Shown here piece by piece: positions 57,897 to 64,000 of a stretch of DNA of 64,000 nucleotides (the stretch's first letter is position 1; each line of letters begins with the position of its first letter). A model generated the notes under the pieces. The model was not told where the DNA came from and ran no database searches. It saw nothing but the letters and a program-made list of their open reading frames with translations. A program made the translations under genes and the position numbers. The stretch is from Thalia democratica (lineage: Eukaryota). The stretch covers positions 19,530,001 to 19,594,000 of the forward strand of contig OZ241831.1 of NCBI GenBank assembly GCA_965202585.1. The letters are read 5' to 3'.

Positions 57897-58206
57897 CAGG
57901 GTTGCCACTTTACCTGGAATCCTGGAAAAACCTGGAATTTGACAATTTAGGCAAAAAAAAACTGGATAAACCTGGAATTTTGAACAAAAACCTGGAATTT
58001 TTAAGAATTTTTACATGTTTAGTAGTAAAATTTTGGTTAGACTCAAAAAAATTATCATATAGATAAAAAAATTTTGTCATCACCTAAATTTTTTTTAATA
58101 TAAAACACATTTTAAGTAGCTTTACAGTATTTTTTCAGTCTTTAACCCAAAAATGTCTACTAAAAAAAACCTGGAAAAAATTTTGAAAATATGAGTGGCA
58201 ACCCTG
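57897..58206. mobile_element. CAGGGTTGCCA-family MITE, 6-bp TSD
   Basis: Perfect TIRs; TSD GATGGA on both sides. Confidence 0.88.
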
Positions 58207-58559
58207 GATGGAACAAAATTTACATCAATAATCTAATGTGTGATTACTGACACCATTGTGAACTCACAATCAGCTGTTGTAAATTTAAATAAACCAATAT
58301 CTAACTCCAAGTATTAAATTCTATGAAAATATCAAAAAAATACAAAAAAAAATTAATTATATTTAAATTTAGAAATAATGATAAAAAAAAACACTTATAA
58401 TTTTTTTTAATATTTTAAAGAACTTATTTTCAAACCTTTTGAAACCAGTTATGTAACAATAATACTTTTTTCTTAATCTTTCATTTTAAAATATTATAGT
58501 GCTGCTGTTCTAAACCAGTTTTGAAAATATAAGATATTTATCTTAGTTTTTACTTTAGC

Positions 58560-58939
58560 CAGGGTAGACACAAAACTAGGAACGCTAAAAAAATCTGCAT
58601 TTTGACAATTTAGCCTAAAAAGTCTAGAATAATAGAAATTTTGAAAAAAAAAGTTGGAATTTGAACAAAAAACTTTAAAAAACCTTGAATTTTATATGTT
58701 AAGATGAAATACTTACATAAACATAAAAAAATTATTGTCATCATTAAGATTTTCTTATTAAAAAACTTATTTAAAGTAACTTAACTGAATCTTTTCAATG
58801 TTTTTATACTACTTAACACAGTTTTTAACCTTAAAATTAACTTTAAACTAAAAAATAGACCTAAAAACATGTACTTTCAAAAACCTGGATGAAGTTCAGA
58901 AAACCTGGAAGAAATTTTCAAAAGCCAGTGGCCACCCTA
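58560..58939. mobile_element. Older degenerate CAGGGTTGCCA-family MITE
   Basis: CAGGGTAGACAC / GTGGCCACCCTA; homologous to 41345-41726; TTTAG in both flanks. Confidence 0.6.
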
Positions 58940-59349
58940 GTTTAGTATTGAAACTTATATTAGAGGTGCTATTTTGTAAACCATTTTGAACAAATTGTAT
59001 ATATATCTTTATTTTCAAATTAAACTATAAAACTTATGGTTATTTATACCATAATAATTTTTTGATTTTAGTTGAAATGGCATTAACAGCACAAGTTAAA
59101 TAGATATCATTAATATTAAACATAAATTATTTTTTTGTCCCTGGTATAGAAAAATTCGTATAAATAAAAAAATTCTTGTGAAAAGTTCAAAAATTTGTTG
59201 AAAAATTGCTGCCCTTTTAAATTTATAGTAACCAAACTGTTTTTCCTCTACATGACCTTTCTAATATAATGACAATTGATTTTTTTTTAAAGTTTATAAA
59301 AAAAATTCAGTTATAAATTTGGTTATAATTTATCCAGTAATCTTATAAA

Positions 59350-59524
59350 ATGTCAAAGAATACATCACTCTTTTCTAAAGCAATTGCTAAATCTGAATGG
59401 CCTGATAAAGAAGAATTGCTGGATGTTGTTTATTGGGGTAGGCAAATCTTAGCATTACTTGTTGGATTAGTATGGGGTTTTCTTCCTTTGACTGGAATAC
59501 TTGGAATCATACTTTATGTTGCAG
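59350..59524 (+). CDS. RAB5IF: RAB5-interacting factor (C20orf24/RCAF1 family), exon 1
   Basis: W.DKEELLDVVYWGRQILALLVGLVWGFLPLTGILGI family signature; donor AG|GTTTGA at 59525. Confidence 0.88.
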
Positions 59525-60506
59525 GTTTGAATATTTTGCTGCATAAAGAAAAAAGCTATTAAACCAACTTTTTTAATATTAGCGAAACAAATTTATTCAT
59601 TAGTTCATTTTAAACATAATTGTAAAAAAAACTTAGTTTTGCTCTTTTTCCAGTTATGTTTCAACTTCTTTGTTTTCAGTAAAAAAAATTATTTCCTTTT
59701 GTCATTTAACCGCGTTATAAATAGTTGAACAAATTAATTTGTAGCATAAAAAAAAAACCTTTGTTAATTTGTTAATTAATTGTATTGTTTCTTGATTTTG
59801 CTGCTTACAGACTGTCTTAATTATTTGCCGCGTATCTTGATATTAATATTTTTTTGACAAACAAAATTTTTGGATACACTCTAATAATATTTTTCTAAAA
59901 GTATTTAGATAGTAGCTAATTATATGTTAAGAAGTATTGGAATTGTAATATATTGAATTATTAAATTAATATGTAAAACTAAATAAGGCTTTACTAATTC
60001 AATTTTTTTGCTTAACATTCAATTTTTTAATGCACAACATAAAAAAAAACCTATAAATATAATAAAAAATACAATTAAAAGTATAAGAGGAGAAAACTTT
60101 TTCTAACATTAATTAACAATAGACTTATATAAATTCTAAAAGTATAAACTGTAAGTAAGTCAGTTTTATAGATTATAATAAATTATATGAACATTCAAGA
60201 TATATTTGTTTTTATAAATATTTTCTATAACAAACTTATGAACCACAATTTTACTTTGTAAGATTTCTTGGAAGTTTAGAAATTCTTTAAAAACTATCTA
60301 TTTTTTTATTTTTTGAGCTAGAAATCTGAAATTTTAAAGATACATTCCTTATATAGTCTACAAGACTTTGAATGTTGCAGTTTTTCAAATTTTGAAACAG
60401 ATAATTAAAAAAAAGTATATAGTCTAAATATAATATTATAATTCTTTATGCTTTGTGAAATAAATCAAGGTGAAAAACAGTTTAGACTTGTTTTATTTAA
60501 TTTTAG

Positions 60507-60670
60507 CAACCACCCTGCTGCTCAATTCTTATGTTGGAGGATATCAGAAACAGGATGTTGAGGAATTTGGTGGTTTTATGAGTCTAGCCCAAGAAGGTTT
60601 CATGTCTGCTTTTGCTACATTCATGGTTTCCTGGATAATAGCTTATACTAGCATGCACTCTGAAAATTAG
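60507..60670 (+). CDS. RAB5IF: RAB5IF exon 2
   Basis: Acceptor TTTTATTTAATTTTAG|CA. The phase-1 splice gives 339 nt = 112 aa + stop, ending YQKQDVEEFGG..LAQEGFMSAFATFMVSWIIAYT. Confidence 0.88.
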
Positions 60671-63600
60671 CCTAACTTATATATTTTTGTAGTTCAAACA
60701 TTCTTCTAGTTTATTTTTGAAAATTTGCTTTTAAATTTCATGTGTCTAAATGTTAATTGATTACTAGAAGAAGTATACATATTACAAATTGTAGTTTGTG
60801 ATGCTAAAATTTAGCTAACTGAATTAAGATTTGTTTAGTTTTCCAGCAGTTTTATCTCAATGTATTTTAAGTTGAAATAAAACTAAGCTTTCTTAATAGT
60901 TTTCTAATAGTATATATACTTTTTATAAAGTGTTTTAATTTAAATTTTAAAAGTCATACCTCTATTTAGTTTAAAGAAATAATTGAGGTTTTTTTACGAA
61001 TTATGTTTAAATAATTTTTTGTGCATTTGAATTGAAATTATAGATTTAGTAAATTTATTTATTTTAATCCAAGTACTAATAAAACTAATACTTTTACAAA
61101 ACTTAGTTTATCATCAGTTATTGGTGCATGCTTTAAGATTATTTGTTTTGTCAAGCGTAAAAGTATATTAAAGCTTATGGTTTTGAAGTTATCTTATTCA
61201 GTTTTGAAACTATTTTGTTGATAATTTTTAAAGATCTTTTGTTAGTATGTTATATATGTTTAAATATTATTGTCATGATCTAATTGGATCCGTTTTTAAC
61301 AGGTTCTAATTTTCTTAAAACGTTGTATCTTTTATATTTAATTCCCTTTATTCTTTTCTAAAAATTTAGTTTAAGATTTTTATTGAGACTGTTATCTATT
61401 AGTTTTTACTGGCTAGGACAAATTATAGTTGCAATATTTGTTTTGTTTAAAATTAATGTTTTGTGAACCATTAATAAATTGTTTTTGAAAGATCTGTTGT
61501 GCTTTGAATATAATAGAATTAATTTTATAAAGTTTTTACAAAAAATCATTGGTGTAATCATAAAATAAATCATTTTAAGTATAAATCACATTTAAAAATG
61601 AAAATTAATTATGTCAATTTAAAAAATCTTTAATAGAATAGCTAAACAAAACATTTTTTTTGCATTTAGAACGTTTATAATACTATTTTATTGCACCAAT
61701 TAAAACAATTTCAATTTTTTGGTTAATAAAACAAATGTTGAAAAGTTATAACTAAATCATTGCATACATTTAGTTTACACGAGATAGAAGCCACAAATTT
61801 TTGAGTTTTAACTAATTTGAAATCTTTGGGAAAAACTTATTTTAGCATATATTTTCATATATGTCCTATATTTTCATACATGTCCTATATTTTATTAATA
61901 AACAATCTTTAATTATTAAGTTAAAGAAAAAATACTGAAGTTTTGGAATACAAATAAAATAAGGTGCCCTCGCAAAAGAAAAAATACAGTTTTTTAATTT
62001 GTGTTTTTTGGCGGATATACTTAAAGGCAGTCTGAGCTGAAGAAATTGCGAAGTCAGCAAAAAAACAAAGCTTTTTTTCGTAATTTATAATTTTAATTAT
62101 CATAACTTGTTTTTTAATTATTTTTTAATATGTTAGGGATAAGGGTATGATTTTAAAAAAAGTTGTAAAAATATTTGCTGACTCTTTTTTTTTCAGCTCA
62201 GACTCTCCTTTAGATAAACTTTCCATACTTGTTTTTAAATAGTAAAAAAGTTTTTGGAAATTTAAATGGAATTATTTATAGACTTATTTTTAAATGATAT
62301 CTTTACTGATACACACTACTGTTAAACCAAAAAACTAACTTTCTAAACGGTCCTATGTACAACTTTAAAACAAAAACTTGCCATTTGAAGATGTCTTATA
62401 TCTGAGTTGTACAGTACCCTTGAGCGAATCTAAGTTATATTAACTACTGAAATGTTAGTAAACAAACTTGTGATATGATACTAAACCAAGTGACTATTTT
62501 TATCTTTATAATCAGCATTTTGTTTTATTTTCTTATAAAACTTAAATAATTTTATAGCATTGTTTTGAAAGCTCTACCAAGACAGGTGAAAGTTTAATAA
62601 ATAAAAATTTAAAAGCAATATAACAATTGATTTAAGGGTTCCCATTAAATTTGGATTCGACCGTGTAGGTAAAAAACTGGAATTTGAGAAATTCGCAAAA
62701 ACCAGGAATTTTTGAAACAATTTTGATAAAATTAAAAGTAAATTTTAGCAAATCAAAATTAAAAAATAAATATGGTTGAAAATGTCCTAGTTGTTTTGGC
62801 AACAATAATAACAAGCACTATTTTTTTTGTGATTTGAAACTACTGAGATCAAAGAGAAAATCATATTTTTTTGTTTATGCAGTAGTTTACCAATTTAAAA
62901 TAAAAGAGAAAAAAGACAATATATCAGAACACGTTTGAAGAAAAAAAAAATAAACAAATACTTTAAAAGAAAATTGTATAATAAACTCTGAACAGATAAA
63001 ACACCACGACAACTTATTTAAAGAAACGATAATCTCATTTTTTTTATGTAAAATAGTTGTTACACAATTTTTTAGGATGTTTAAGAATTATTAGACATTA
63101 TTTGTTTTACAGCTTGCACAACTTATAGTCACCACTGGGCTGAAAAGACCAGCTCTGTTTAGCTGGTTACTTTAAGTATAAACTTTACTTATATGTCACA
63201 TGTAGCTCCTTAAGCCTAGAAATACATAAATTATTGCAAGTTTTAAAATATTACTTAATTAAATAGTTTGATGAGAGTTAATTAAAAGATATCAAATATA
63301 AGTAAATTATAACTAAACTTTATGGCTGCTTATGTTATATCAATATAAAGGGTTTTGGACAATCATGAGAACAACGTTGAAAAAATTTACTCAAAATGTT
63401 AGTACAGGTTGCATCAGAAAGTAAATGAATTTAAACAGCGATATAGCACTTTTTAAGTAATTTAAATTTGTCTAAAAACACCTTTTAATATTAAGATTAA
63501 CTTACTAGTAAAAGCAATCAAAAAAGAAAAAATAGGAATAAAAAAAGTAAAAAAAAATATCTATAGCAAACCTGTAGGTGGCTCTTAAACAATGTTCCTT

Positions 63601-64000
63601 ATTTACTAAACTATTTAAAACTTTTTATTACGCAACTGAATTTTTTTTTTGTTGGTGTTTTTAATAATCGGTCAAAATATGTAAATTTAATATTTGAAAA
63701 TAAATAAGTGTGTCTACTACACAGTGGGCAGGCAAGCGGCCATTGACCATTCTAGTGACTAACAAGTTAAATCGAGACTTTAACTTAATTGTTTAGAGCT
63801 GGGCTTTTTCTTAAAAAAACTGGGTTTGGTTCTATTCTGCTTAAAATGTATTAAAAATTTTGTAAGATTAAGTGTAACAATTTTTTACTATTTTGGAGTT
63901 GAACAACTTGTAAGAAAAACTTAAAGTTAATGTAAAATTAAGACCTACAGCAACTGCTAAAAAATTATTAGGTTTTTTATTTTCTTTGGTTTACGGTAAG

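Noticed and set aside
59525-59562. Track extension GLNILLHKEKSY of the RAB5IF ORF, and the MKNSLDLFYLIL start at 60470
   Set aside because: Intron read-through; splicing restores the family alignment.
63935-64000. Possible exon ending in a GGTAAG donor at the window edge
   Set aside because: Too short, no recognisable homology, and the context is cut off.

Overview
Very AT-rich eukaryotic (animal-like) genomic DNA, dominated by transposable elements; the organism cannot be identified from sequence alone. Three likely host genes, all on the + strand and strikingly intron-poor: (1) a single-exon 1122-aa ORF (8782-12150) with an Arg/Ser-rich N-terminus, an NLS and four divergent tandem RRM-like repeats; (2) an intronless heat shock factor (44181-45539); (3) a two-exon RAB5IF/C20orf24 gene (59350-59524 + 60507-60670). 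The centre (29042-38330) is a scrambled retroelement mosaic. It contains a split Gypsy LTR, two Neptune-type Penelope-like elements (one with an intact RT + GIY-YIG frame), three hammerhead ribozymes, a Gypsy pol fused in frame to a short leader ORF, a captured GC-rich ribosomal protein P2 pseudogene, and a PPT + 3' LTR. The whole mosaic sits between a pair of ~340-bp inverted repeats (27710-40001). Other elements: Buster/SPIN-like hAT MITEs (8-bp TSD), a CAGGGTTGCCA hAT-like family with 6-bp TSDs and a parent transposase relic, Merlin-like MITEs, a Harbinger-like element, an RTE LINE tail and further decayed PLEs. All alignments and counts were done by eye; family assignments come from recalled motifs, not database searches.
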